From contig CAVPCQ010000015.1 of assembly GCA_963702425.1 (NCBI GenBank), positions 1-64,000 of the forward strand: 64,000 bases of DNA, given 5' to 3'. A program made the translations under genes and the position numbers. The notes under the pieces were generated by a model. The model saw only the letters and a list, made by a program, of their open reading frames with translations. It made no database searches and was not told the origin of the DNA. Every line of letters begins with the position of its first letter. Position 1 is the first letter of the stretch. The DNA comes from an uncultured Acidobacteriota bacterium (GTDB taxonomy: Bacteria; Acidobacteriota; Polarisedimenticolia; J045). Positions 19,360 through 29,728 of this stretch are shown in pieces.

Positions 19360-20034
19360 ATGAAGCGTTTCCTGGTCGTTCCGGCGGTTCTCGGCGTCGC
19401 GCTTTCCGCGGCGCTCGCGGCCGACGTCACCCCGAAGCCGGCAAAGGGAGTGGAGGACAAGGCCGTGCAGCAGATCAACGAGCAGATCGTCAAGGCGAAC
19501 GTCGACAAGAGCAGCTCGAGCTGGCGGACCTCGCTGCCCAAACCGACGGTCGTGCCGTTCGACCCGAAGCACACCTACTTCGCGCTGATGCAGACCAACA
19601 AGGGGCCGATCAAGATCAAGCTGCTCCCCGCAGCCGCCCCGATGCACGTCACCAGCTTCATCTACCTGGCCGACCTCGGGTACTTCGACGGTCTCTCCTT
19701 CCACCGCGTCATTCCAGGCTTCATGGCGCAGGGCGGCTGCCCGCTCGGCACCGGCACCGGCGGCCCCGGCTACAAGTTCGACGGCGAGTTCAGCCTGGGC
19801 CTGAGCCACGACAAGCCGGGCCTGCTCTCGCAGGCCAACGCCGGGCCCGGAACGGATGGCAGCCAGTTCTTCCTGACCTTCGTCCCCACCACGTTCCTCG
19901 ACGGCAAGCACACGATCTACGGCGAGATCGTCGAGGGGATGGACACGATGAAGAAGCTCGAGGCGGCCGGCAGCCAGTCCGGCAGGACCACGGAGCCGCT
20001 GAAGATCGAGACCGTCACGATCGAGGTCAAGTAG
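19360..20034 (+). CDS. Exported cyclophilin-type peptidyl-prolyl cis-trans isomerase
   Basis: Signal peptide; FHRVIPGFMAQGG, ANAGPGTDGSQFF and LDGKHTIYG. Confidence 0.95.
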   Translation: MKRFLVVPAVLGVALSAALAADVTPKPAKGVEDKAVQQINEQIVKANVDKSSSSWRTSLPKPTVVPFDPKHTYFALMQTNKGPIKIKLLPAAAPMHVTSFIYLADLGYFDGLSFHRVIPGFMAQGGCPLGTGTGGPGYKFDGEFSLGLSHDKPGLLSQANAGPGTDGSQFFLTFVPTTFLDGKHTIYGEIVEGMDTMKKLEAAGSQSGRTTEPLKIETVTIEVK

Positions 20035-20836
20035 CGGCCGCGTCGCGGGCGCCGGTCCCGGCGCCCGGTCCGGCCAGGCTCCAGAGGGTGCGCGCGGCGA
20101 CCAGCTCGCGCGCCCCCTCCTTCTCCAGCACGCGATGCAGGAAGGCCGGGCGGCCCGGGGCCGAGCGCCCCGGGTCGTCCCGCCGCTCCACGGTCACGGT
20201 CGACTCGCTGCGGCACTCGGCGCGGAAGGCGATCGTCATTGCCGCCAGCGTCCCGCTGCGCAGCACCTCGCGCGGCACCGTCTCCAGCACCCACTCGACG
20301 TAGCTCACGTTGTTGACGTGCTCGTTGATGTCGAGGTCGGCGAAGCGCACGCGGTAGTCGACCGCCAGTCCCGGCTCCGACGCCGGCCCGCCCCGCGGCA
20401 GCGTGTCGGCGGCCAGGCCCGAGCGCTCGGGACGGCGGATCGCGCGGACCGCGTCAGGCATCCGGATCGGCCGGCGGCGGCGGAAGTCGACCATCATCCA
20501 GCGGCTGGTCGCCCGGCCGATCGGCCGGCCGCCGCCGTCCTGCAGCCGGAAGTCGCGCGTAGCGACCATCTCGTCGAGCCCCGAGGGCCAGGTCTCGATC
20601 GTCACCTCGTCGCGCCAGCGCGGCCAGGCGAGCATCTCGAACTGCCACTCGCGCAGGACCCAGGTCCAGCCCTGCGGGATCAGCTGGTCCACGCCGACCC
20701 CCAGCGCCTGCGCGTGGTTCCCGGCCGCCTCCTGCAGCAGCTCGCAGAGCGCCCGCACCGAGAGGTGCCCCTTGAAGTCCATCTCGCTGGCGCGGATGGC
20801 ATGGCGCTCGATCCAGACCGGCAGGGCGTCCGTCAC
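20027..20836 (-). CDS. Acyl-ACP thioesterase (FatA-like double hotdog)
   Basis: GTG 20836 with GGAGG; LLQEAAGNHA, WVL, ETWP and RFADLDINEHVNNVSYVEWVLE. Confidence 0.88.
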   Translation of the reverse strand: MTDALPVWIERHAIRASEMDFKGHLSVRALCELLQEAAGNHAQALGVGVDQLIPQGWTWVLREWQFEMLAWPRWRDEVTIETWPSGLDEMVATRDFRLQDGGGRPIGRATSRWMMVDFRRRRPIRMPDAVRAIRRPERSGLAADTLPRGGPASEPGLAVDYRVRFADLDINEHVNNVSYVEWVLETVPREVLRSGTLAAMTIAFRAECRSESTVTVERRDDPGRSAPGRPAFLHRVLEKEGARELVAARTLWSLAGPGAGTGARDAAAT

Positions 20837-20871
20837 GGAACCTCCCGGGGAGCGGCTCCTCCCCCGCGGCC

Positions 20872-20889
20872 GATTATTCGTGAATAATC
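20872..20889. promoter_or_regulatory. AT-rich perfect inverted repeat between divergent genes (operator or back-to-back -10 boxes)
   Basis: GATTATTC-GT-GAATAATC in the 78-bp gap between the thioesterase and POT genes. Confidence 0.5.
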
Positions 20890-20914
20890 CCCGGCACTCC
20901 AAGGGAGCCTCCCG

Positions 20915-22412
20915 ATGCCGAGCCCGTTCGCCAAGTTCCCCCGCACCTTCTGGGTCGCCAACGTGATGGAGCTGTTCGAGCGGGCGGCCTACTACGGCAT
21001 GAACTCGGTCCTGGCGATCTACCTGACCGACAAGGTCGCGGACGGAGGACTCGGGTTCACGGAGGGCTCGGTCGGGTTCCTGCAGGCGATCGTCTACGCC
21101 GCGACCTACGTCATCCCGATCCTCGGCGGCGCGCTGGCCGACCGCTACGGCTACCGCCGGATGCTGATGGTCGCCTTCACGCTGCTCTCGATCGGCTACT
21201 TCGTCTCCGGCCAGATGAAAGTCTTCCCGGCGGTCTTCGCCGCACTGCTGTTCATGGCGGTGGGTGCCGGGCTGTTCAAGCCGATCATCTCCGGGACGAT
21301 CGCGCGCACGACCAACGCCGAGACCTCGTCCTTCGGGTTCGGCGTCTACTACTGGATGATCAACCTCGGGGCCTTCATCGCCCCGATCCTGGTGACCTGG
21401 TACAAGGGGCTCGGCTGGAAGTGGGTCTTCATCGCCTCGGCCGCCTACGTCGCGGCGATGATCCCGCTGGCGCTGGTCGCCTATCGCGACCCGATGACCC
21501 CGCAGGGCGGGAAGAGCCTGGCCGAGGTCGCGCGCGCCGCGCTGACGGTGCTGGGCGACGCGCGCTTCATGCTGATGATCGTCGCCTACTCCGGCTTCTG
21601 GGTGCTCTACTTCCAGAACTTCGGTTCGGTGCTGTGGTACCTGCGCGACTTCGTCGACACCGCGCCCGTCGACCGCTTCGTCAACAGCGTGAACTTCGGT
21701 CTGTTCGACTTCCGGCTCGACGCCGAGTACGTCACGGTGATCAACGCCGGGACGATCATCCTGCTGCAGTTCCTGATCAGCCGGATCGTCAAGGACCGTC
21801 CGGCGCTGGCGACGATGATCACCGGGATGGCGATCGGCACGCTGGGGTTCCTCGCGCTGGCCTCGTCGACCAACGCCTGGATCTTCGTGCTCGGGATCGC
21901 GGTCTTCTCGATCGGCGAGATGACCGCCCACCCGAAGTACTACAGCTACGTCGGGATGGTCGCGCCGCAGGACCGGAAAGCGGTCTACATGGGGTACGCC
22001 TTTCTCTACGGCGTGTTCGGCTCGCTGATCGGCAACAACCTGGGCGGCTTCCTGTACGAGCGAATGCTCAAGCCGGTCGTCGGAACGCCGGAGGGGCCGG
22101 GGCGCACGCACCTCTTCTGGCTGATTTTCGCGGCCCTCAACCTGGTCGCGATGATCGGCCTCTGGCTCTTCTCGCGGGCCTTCGGCGAGGACACGCCGGC
22201 GACGCGGGTCGGGGCGCGGCGGGCGATGGGCGTCGTCTACTTCCTCGTCCTGGCGCTGGGCCTGGCCGCGGCGGGCTTCGGCCTGGGCTTCTACGGCGCG
22301 GGGATTCCAGCCGAAGACGGTCCTCCAGGGCGCGATCTTCGTCATCCTCGGCGCCTTCGGGCTGTGGGTGACCGCCCGCGGCGGCCATCCCCTCGACGAA
22401 CCACGCGCTTGA
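20915..22412 (+). CDS. MFS transporter, POT/PTR-like paralogue (apparent indel near 22303)
   Basis: ELFERAAYY, FKPIISG, YYWMINLG and GEMTAHP. After ~22303 the shifted frame gives a final TM (VLQGAIFVILGAFGLWV) and TGA at 22410-22412. Confidence 0.88.
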
Positions 22413-22485
22413 CGGCTGGACGCCGCCGCCGCCGGGAACCAGATTGAACAAGTGAGGGTCCCCTCCCGGGACCCGAGGCCTCGGT

Positions 22486-25156
22486 ATGGCCGGCGTGCGC
22501 GACAACCTCGCCGCTCGCCCGCGGATCGACTGGATCCGTGGCGGTCTCGTTCTGACGCTCCTGCTCGCAGTCGCTCTCGGTTGGACGCTTTACGGCGAGT
22601 GGCGCCACGGTCACGGCGGACACCTCTTCTTCCTGGCGATCTGCGCCGCCGCGCTGCTGCCGCTCCTGACCGTCGCCTGGTCGATCGTCCTGGCGCGGGC
22701 GCTCCGCGCGACCGCCGAGGTGCGGGCCCTCGACACCGCCTGCGGCGCCGCCGAGGAGCGCTTCGCGGCGCTGACCCGCGCCTCCCGCGACGCCGTCGTG
22801 CTGGTCGATCCGGCCGGCCGCGTCGCGCACTGGAGCCCGGCGGCGGAAGCGATGTTCGGGCGCCCGGCGCGCGAGACCCTCGGCCAGCCGTTCGCCGACC
22901 TGCTCTTTCCCGAGGCGGAGCGCGCCGCCCGCGCGCAACTCCTGCTCGCGATCCGGCGCGGCGACGCGGGAGTGGTCGCCGAAGCCGCGACGACGCTCGA
23001 GGTCGAGGCCCGGCGGCAGGACGGCAGCCCGCGCCCGGTCGAGGCGACGATCGTGCGGACCGATCTGCTCGGGTCGCCGCAGCTGGTCGTCACGCTGCGC
23101 GACCTCGGCGAGAAACGTGCCGTCGAACGCGCGATCGGCGAGCAGCGGAACCTCCTTCAGACGCTCCTCGACACCCTCCCCGTTCCGGTCGCGATCCGCG
23201 ACCCGGATGGGCGCGTCCGGGCGTGCAACACCTCTTATGCGGCGCTCTTCGGGAGGTCCAGCGAAGCGCTGCTCGGTCGCCGACTCGACGACGTCGCGCC
23301 ACCGGAGGTGGCAGCGGCTTTTGTGGTGCCCGATCAGCGCGGCGATGGACGGTGCCGGAACGCACCGCTTCGAGATCCGACTGACCCTCTTTACGGAGCC
23401 GCGCGATCTCGTCGTTTCGCAGGCCGCACTGGTCGACGCGGGCGGGACGCGCACGGCGATCCTCGAGACGGTCACGGACGTCACCGGGCAGAAGCGCGCG
23501 CAGGAGGAACTGCGCGGTGCGAACGTCGCGCTGGGCCGGGCGCTCGACGAGCGGGCCCGGCTGACGAACGAACTGGCCGACGCGCGCGACCGGGCCGAGA
23601 CGGCCGAGCGGGCCAAGAACCGACCTGCTGACCACCATGAGCCACGAGATCCGGACGCCGATGAATGGCGTGATCGGGATGGCGGACCTGCTGCTCCAGA
23701 CCGACCTCTCGCCCGAGCAGGCCGAGTGCGCCGAGGTCATGCGGCTGTCCGGAGCGAGCCTCCTGACGATCATCGACGACCTCCTCGACCTCGCGAGGAT
23801 CGAGGCCGGCCGGCTCGAGCTGGAATCGATCGAGATCTCGCCGACCGCGGTCGTCGAGGAGGCGGTGGCCCTGCTGGCCCCTGCCGCGGAGGGGCGGGAG
23901 CTCGAGCTGGTCTCGATCATCCACCCCGAGGTCCCGGAGCGGCTGCACGGCGACCCGGTCCGGCTGCGCCAGATCCTGGCCAACCTGGTCAACAACGCGA
24001 TCAAGTTCACGCCGTCGGGAGAGGTCGTCGTGCGCGTCGGGCCCGGGCGCGAGAACGCCGGCTTCCACCGCTTCGAGGTCCGCGACACCGGAATCGGCAT
24101 TCCCGCCGACCGGCTCGACCGGCTGTTCCGGATGTTTTCGCAGGCCGACACCTCGACGACGCGCAAGATTCGGCGGCACGGGCCTGGGGCTCGCGATCTG
24201 CAAGCGTCTCGTCGGGCTGATGGAGGGCGAGATCGGGGTCGAGAGCCGGCAGGGGCGAGGTGCCACCTTCTGGGTCGAGGTCCCACTCGACTGGCCGGCT
24301 GGCCAGGAAGCCGGCGCGGGCCCGGCGACGCTGCGCCGCTTCGCCGACACCGCGGTGCTGCTCGTCGACCCGCACCCGCGCAGCCGCGAGGCGCTCGAGT
24401 GCCGCCTCGCGCGCCTGGGCTGCGCCGTCGATGCCGCCGGCAGCGTCGAGGAGGCGCTGGCCCGGCTGCGGGACGGCGCGGCGAGACCCGCTGCGCTCGT
24501 GATCTCGGCGGCGCTTCCCGGCGAGGGCTCGCGGGTCCTGGCCGAGGCGGTGCGCGGCACGCCGCGCCTCGCCTCGATCGCCCTGATCGAGGTGCTGCCG
24601 TTCGGGCGACCGGCAGGTGGCCGACCGCTCGGCGGGCCTGTTCGACGCCGAGGTCGGCAAGCCGGTCCGGACGGAGCCGCTCGTCGCCGCGCTCGAGCAC
24701 GCGCTGCATCGCGACCGCCGGGCGGCGCGGCCGGCGCCGCGCCCCGATGCACCCGCGCCCGCCCGCCGCGCGCTGCACGTCCTCCTGGTCGAGGACAACC
24801 CGGTCAACCAGAAGGTCGCCTGCCGGATGCTCGAGCGTCTCGGCTGCGCGGTGGAGATCGTCGAGGACGGCAAGACCGCGGTGGACAGGGTCCGCGACAC
24901 CGTGTTCGACCTGGTCTTCATGGACTGCCAGATGCCGGAGATGGACGGCTTCGAGGCGACGCGGGCGATCCGCCGGATGGAATCCGGACATGGCCGCCAC
25001 GTCACGATCGTGGCCATGACCGCTCACGCGATGACGTCGGACCGTGCGGCCTGCCTCGCCGCGGGCATGGACGACTACATGGCCAAGCCGATCCGCGCCG
25101 ACATGCTGCGGGAGGCGCTCGAGCGCTGGACGGCCGCGTCCGCCGCCACCCGCTGA
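22486..25156 (+). CDS. Hybrid sensor histidine kinase (2 TM, 2 PAS, HisKA, HATPase, 2 REC); four apparent indels (~23335, ~23625, ~24168, ~24610)
   Basis: PAS-like [10 protein letters not shown]; H-box [11 protein letters not shown]; [21 protein letters not shown]; DTGIGI; FGGTGLGL; REC motifs LLVEDN and [11 protein letters not shown], found in successive frames. Confidence 0.9.
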
Positions 25157-25213
25157 TTCCCGGCCCGGGCCGCGCCTGCGCTATCCTAGGCGGGCCTTCC
25201 CCCGGAGCCTGCC

Positions 25214-26251
25214 ATGTGCGATGTCCCCCCGCGAACCAAGGACGATTTCCTCACCGTCGCCGTCGAACCGCTCGACGTGACCGCGGGCGACGCGGCCGCG
25301 CTGCTGGCCGCGATGCAGAAGACTGCCGGCGCAGGGCGCGACCTCGCGCGCGCCGCGCTGATCGCCGAGAAGATGCTGCGCGACCGCGATTGCGTCGTGT
25401 TTCTCGCGCTGTCGGGCCCGCTCATCGCGTCCGGCCTCAAAGGTGCCATCCTGGCGCTGCTCGAGCGCGACATGGTCGATGCGGTCGTCGCCACCGGCGC
25501 CAGCCTGATCGACCAGGACCTGCTCGAGGCGCTCGGCGGGTCGCACTTCGTCGGCACGACGATGGTCGACGACGAGGAGCTGCGCGCACTGCACGTCGAC
25601 CGGATCGGCGACGTCTTCGCCGACGGCGACCGGCGGCGCGAGCTGGCGGACGTGGTCGCCGAGGTCGCGGACGGAATGGCGCCCGGCGCCTGCTCCTCGC
25701 GCCAGTTCCTCGACGCGCTCGGCGCCTGGTTGGTTCGAACCGGGTACGAGGCCCCTTCGATCCTGCGCGTCTGTCACGAGAAGGGGGTCCCGCTCTTCTC
25801 CCCGGCGCTGGCCGACTCGGCAGCCGGTCCCGGGCTCGTGATGCACCGCGCGCGACGCGGGGCGGACGCCCTGGCCCTCGACGGGATCAAGGACCTGGCC
25901 GAGTTGACCCGTCTCAAGCTCGAGGCGGCGCGGCACTCGGGCCTGATCGCGATCGGCGGCGGCGTCCCCCGGAGCACCGTGCTGCTGACGGTGGCCGCGG
26001 CTGAGGCGCTCGGCGCCACGACGACGCCCCACCGCTACGCCGTGCAGATTGCTGCCGCCGGCGAGCACGGCGACGACCGCTCGGGGGGATCGTTCCTGGA
26101 GGCGTGCGCGCGCGGTGAGGTCGAGGTCGACTACGCGCAGACCGTCTCCGCCGAGACGACGCTGGCCCTGCCGATGCTCGTGGGGGCGCTCGTGCAGCGC
26201 GGTGCCGGGCAGGGGCGGCTGGAGCGCCGGCTTGCCGCGTCGCTGTTCTAG
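25214..26251 (+). CDS. Deoxyhypusine synthase-like protein with degenerate active site
   Basis: [59 protein letters not shown] and [10 protein letters not shown] follow the DHS motif order. Confidence 0.85.
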   Translation: MCDVPPRTKDDFLTVAVEPLDVTAGDAAALLAAMQKTAGAGRDLARAALIAEKMLRDRDCVVFLALSGPLIASGLKGAILALLERDMVDAVVATGASLIDQDLLEALGGSHFVGTTMVDDEELRALHVDRIGDVFADGDRRRELADVVAEVADGMAPGACSSRQFLDALGAWLVRTGYEAPSILRVCHEKGVPLFSPALADSAAGPGLVMHRARRGADALALDGIKDLAELTRLKLEAARHSGLIAIGGGVPRSTVLLTVAAAEALGATTTPHRYAVQIAAAGEHGDDRSGGSFLEACARGEVEVDYAQTVSAETTLALPMLVGALVQRGAGQGRLERRLAASLF

Positions 26252-28383
26252 GGGGCCGTCACCCCGAGCTGCGACGCCAGGAAGGCGTAGATGTCGCCGT
26301 AGTTCTCCACGTCCTGGCGGCGGAGGTCCGCCCCGCCGTGTCCCGCGTTGCGTTCGAGCCGCAGCAGGGCCGGCCGCGCCGGGTCGGCCTGGGCGGCCTG
26401 GATCGCGGCGGTGAACTTGCGCGCGTGCATCGGGTCGACGCGGTCGTCGCTGTCGGCGGACATCATCAGCAGCGCCGGGTAGGCCACTCCCCGCTTGACG
26501 TGATGATAGGGCGAGTAGGCGAACAGCGTCTCGAACTGCGCGGGATCGTCGGCCGAGCCGTACTCCTCGATCCAGGTCCGCCCGCTGCCGAGGAGGTGGT
26601 AGCGCACCATGTCGAGCAGCGGGACCTGGCAGACGACCGCGCGGAACAGCTCGGGGCGCTGGACCATCGCGGCGCCGACGAGCAGCCCGCCGTTCGAGCC
26701 CCCGCGGATCGCCAGCCGCTCGGGCCGGGTGTATTTCTCGCGGATCAGCCACTCCGCGGCGGCGAGGTAATCGTCGAAGACGTTCTGCTTGTTCTCGAGC
26801 ATCCCCGCGCGGTGCCAGGCCTCGCCGTACTCGCCGCCGCCACGCAGGTTCGGGTACGCGATCATCCCCCCCATCTCGAGCCAGGGGTAGGCGTAGGCGT
26901 TGAACGCGGGCGTGATGCTGACGTTGAAGCCGCCGTAACCGTAGAGCTGGCACGGATTGTCCCCGTCCCGCTTCAAGTCCCTGCGGTGCACGAGGAACAT
27001 CGAGACCTTCGTTCCGTCCTTCGAGGGGTACCAGACCTGCTCGACGACGAAGCGCGACGGGTCGACCGGGACGTCGATCTTCGCCCACAGGGTCGTCTCG
27101 CCGCCGGCAACGCCGGTGCGGTAGATCTCGGGCGGGTAGGTGAACGACGAGAACGAAAAGAACGCCTCGTCATCCTCCTCGTTGCCCGAGAATCCGCTGG
27201 CCGAGCCGATCCCGGGAAGCGCCACCTCGCGCTCGAAGCGGCCGTCCAGGGCATGGATCCGGATCACGCTGGCGGCGTTCCTCAGGTACGACAGCACGAG
27301 CCGCCCGCCGACGACCTGCGTCCCCTGCAGCGCGGCGTCCGGCTGCTCGGGCACCACCTCGCGCCACGCCGCGCGCTCGGGGTGCGCGGGGTCGGCGACG
27401 AGCACCCGCCCGCGCGCTGCACCCTCGTCGGTCTGGATGAAGAACCGATCACGGTAAGGAGTGACACCAAACTGCGACCGGATCCCCTCGACCAGCGTGC
27501 GCCAGCCCGAGTCGCCGGCGCGAAGATCCTTGTAGTAGACGTCGTTCGCGATCCAGCCGTGGCTGATCGACACCAGGAGCCAGCGCCCGTCGCGCGACAG
27601 CGACGCGCCGATGAACGAAGTCGGGTCGTCGGTGCGCGCGTGGACGACCGGGTCGGCCGCCGCTTCGGTCCCGACCGCGTGGAAGCGCACCTCGGCGTAG
27701 CCCGGCAGCTTGTCGATCGGAATCGACGGGTCGGTCGGGATCCAAGTGTAGTAGAAGCCGCGCCCATCGGGCGTCCATTCCGGATAGGCGTACCGGGCGC
27801 CGGGAATCGTGTCCGCCAGGCGCCGGCCGGTCTCGGTCTCCATGACGTAGAGCGTGGCCGCGTCGGCGCCGCGCTCCTTCAGTGAGAAGGCCACGAGGCG
27901 GCCGTCCCACGAGGGGGCGATGACCCCGACCGAGATCGTGCCGTCCGGCGACAGGGTGTTGGGATCGAGCAGCACCTGTTCCGCGCCGTCCGACTCCTCC
28001 TTCCAGTGCCAGATCGCCTTCTCGCTCGTCGCCGGTTTCCGGCTGTAGAAGTACCGCGTGCCCCGCTTCACGGGCACGCCGACGCTGTCGACGTAGGCCA
28101 CCTCGCGCAGCCGCTCCACGATCCGCGCACGGAGGGCGACCTGCCCGAGCGCCACGCGCGCCGCGGCGTCCTGGGCGTCCATCCAGGCCGCGACGGGCGG
28201 GTCCTTCGGGTTTTCGAGCCAGCGGTAGGGGTCTGGAACGGCGACGCCGTGGAGGAGGTCGCTCACGTCCTGCCGGAGGGTGTCGGGAGTGCTCAAAGGG
28301 GGGTGCTCCTGCGGCGCGGAGGCCCAGCCGACGAGCAGGACCAGGGGCGCGAAGAAGAGGGCGGCGGGCTCGAACCAGCGCAC
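26248..28383 (-). CDS. Prolyl oligopeptidase (S9A), exported
   Basis: [21 protein letters not shown], nucleophile GGSNGG, DDRV and AGHG; N-terminal signal peptide. Confidence 0.95.
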   Translation of the reverse strand: MRWFEPAALFFAPLVLLVGWASAPQEHPPLSTPDTLRQDVSDLLHGVAVPDPYRWLENPKDPPVAAWMDAQDAAARVALGQVALRARIVERLREVAYVDSVGVPVKRGTRYFYSRKPATSEKAIWHWKEESDGAEQVLLDPNTLSPDGTISVGVIAPSWDGRLVAFSLKERGADAATLYVMETETGRRLADTIPGARYAYPEWTPDGRGFYYTWIPTDPSIPIDKLPGYAEVRFHAVGTEAAADPVVHARTDDPTSFIGASLSRDGRWLLVSISHGWIANDVYYKDLRAGDSGWRTLVEGIRSQFGVTPYRDRFFIQTDEGAARGRVLVADPAHPERAAWREVVPEQPDAALQGTQVVGGRLVLSYLRNAASVIRIHALDGRFEREVALPGIGSASGFSGNEEDDEAFFSFSSFTYPPEIYRTGVAGGETTLWAKIDVPVDPSRFVVEQVWYPSKDGTKVSMFLVHRRDLKRDGDNPCQLYGYGGFNVSITPAFNAYAYPWLEMGGMIAYPNLRGGGEYGEAWHRAGMLENKQNVFDDYLAAAEWLIREKYTRPERLAIRGGSNGGLLVGAAMVQRPELFRAVVCQVPLLDMVRYHLLGSGRTWIEEYGSADDPAQFETLFAYSPYHHVKRGVAYPALLMMSADSDDRVDPMHARKFTAAIQAAQADPARPALLRLERNAGHGGADLRRQDVENYGDIYAFLASQLGVTAP

Positions 28384-28475
28384 GGCGGGTGTCCTCCCGG
28401 CGATTCTCGGAGAGAATGCCCGGGTAGGTAACCCCGAGCGGGCGCCGCCGTCAAACCGCGGCCCGGAGCACCGCC

Positions 28476-29270
28476 GTGCTGCTGCCCTACCTGACCGGAG
28501 AGACGCGCGACGCCTTCGATCGCTGGCTGGCAGCGACGCTCGCGCGGCACATGCCGCCGCTCAACTTCAGCGAGATCCGCAAGGGGGTCCAGGCCCTCTC
28601 GACGCTGTATGTCCACGACCGACAGGCCGGTCGGATCGGGGCCCGGTCGGTCGAGGGGATGGGCAAGCGCGCCGGCCTGGCGACCTACTACGCGGCGCTG
28701 CACTTCATCACTGCGTACCACGCCCTGGAGATGATCGGGCCGGGGACGTTCGGCCCGGTGCGACGGATCCTCGACCTCGGCTGCGGGACCGGCGCGGCCG
28801 GCGCGGCGGTCGCGCTGGGGCTCGACCTCCCGGAGCGGCCGTCGATCGTCGGCGTCGATCGCTCCGGCTGGGCGCTCGAGGAGGCGCGCGAGACCTGGAC
28901 CGCCTTCGACCTGAGCGGCCGAGGCGTGCGCGGCGAGTTGCCGCTGGCCGCGCCGCGCGCCGGTGCCGGTGACCTGATGCTCTTTGGCTGGTCGCTCGGC
29001 GAGCTGCCGGAGGACGAGCGCGGCGCCAACTTCCGCACCATCGCGGCGTCGCTGCGCCGGGGCGCCGGGCTCTTCGTGCTCGAGCCGCTCTCGGGCCGGA
29101 TCTCGCCCTGGTGGAGCGAGTGGGCCGAGCTGCTGGTGGAGGAGGGGGTGCGCGCCGAGCTGATCCGCGTCGTGATCCAGCGCCCGCTGTTCGTCGCCGA
29201 CATGGACAAGGCGTCCGGGCTCGACCACCAGATCGTCGGGGCGCGGGTACTGGCCGGGCGGCGCGCGTAG
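28476..29270 (+). CDS. Class I SAM-dependent methyltransferase (Rsm22-like)
   Basis: ILDLGCGTGA motif I, GVDRS, WSLGEL and LFVLEP. Confidence 0.8.
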   Translation: MLLPYLTGETRDAFDRWLAATLARHMPPLNFSEIRKGVQALSTLYVHDRQAGRIGARSVEGMGKRAGLATYYAALHFITAYHALEMIGPGTFGPVRRILDLGCGTGAAGAAVALGLDLPERPSIVGVDRSGWALEEARETWTAFDLSGRGVRGELPLAAPRAGAGDLMLFGWSLGELPEDERGANFRTIAASLRRGAGLFVLEPLSGRISPWWSEWAELLVEEGVRAELIRVVIQRPLFVADMDKASGLDHQIVGARVLAGRRA

Positions 29271-29489
29271 GACGCTGGGCGAGCCAGGACCCGGCGATCG
29301 ACAGGCCGAACACCGCGCTGGCCAAGCTGAACACCGGCATCGACTCCTGGCAGCTTGTCGCGCATAGCAGTTGGTGCGTGGCGAACTCCCCCTGCACCGA
29401 ACCGGTCACCCCGCCCGCCATCGCCGCGGGCTTCGCGATGGCTGTGTGGACTCGGGCGGCCAGCGACATCGCCCTCGCTGGCGCGGCCG

Positions 29490-29728
29490 GCGCAGTTCGA
29501 TCCCCCCCGGGCCTATGGGCAGGTGCAGGATCCGGCGCGTGCTGTCCGAGTCCTCGACCGCCTGCTGCAACTGGATCTGCCGCACGCCGGGGCCTCGTTC
29601 CAGCGGGGCCAGCTCCACGCCGCGCGAGGCGATCGCGCCGCTGCCGTCGAGGATGGGAGACGCGCGCCTGCGCATCGAGCGCCCTGCGGGCCGACAGGCC
29701 GCAAGGCGACGCCCTGCCCGGTTATTAG
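29490..29728 (+). pseudogene. Possible relic of a TPR-repeat gene
   Basis: 29511-29665 reads AYGQVQDPARAVRVLDRLLQLDLPHAGASFQRGQLHAARGDRAAAVEDGRRA, which is TPR-consensus-like; no credible start or RBS, and the frame breaks on both sides. Confidence 0.35.

Noticed and set aside
22486-25156. Programmed ribosomal frameshifting or phase variation in the kinase and other split genes
   Set aside because: No slippery heptamers or long simple repeats at the junctions, and similar breaks hit unrelated housekeeping genes.
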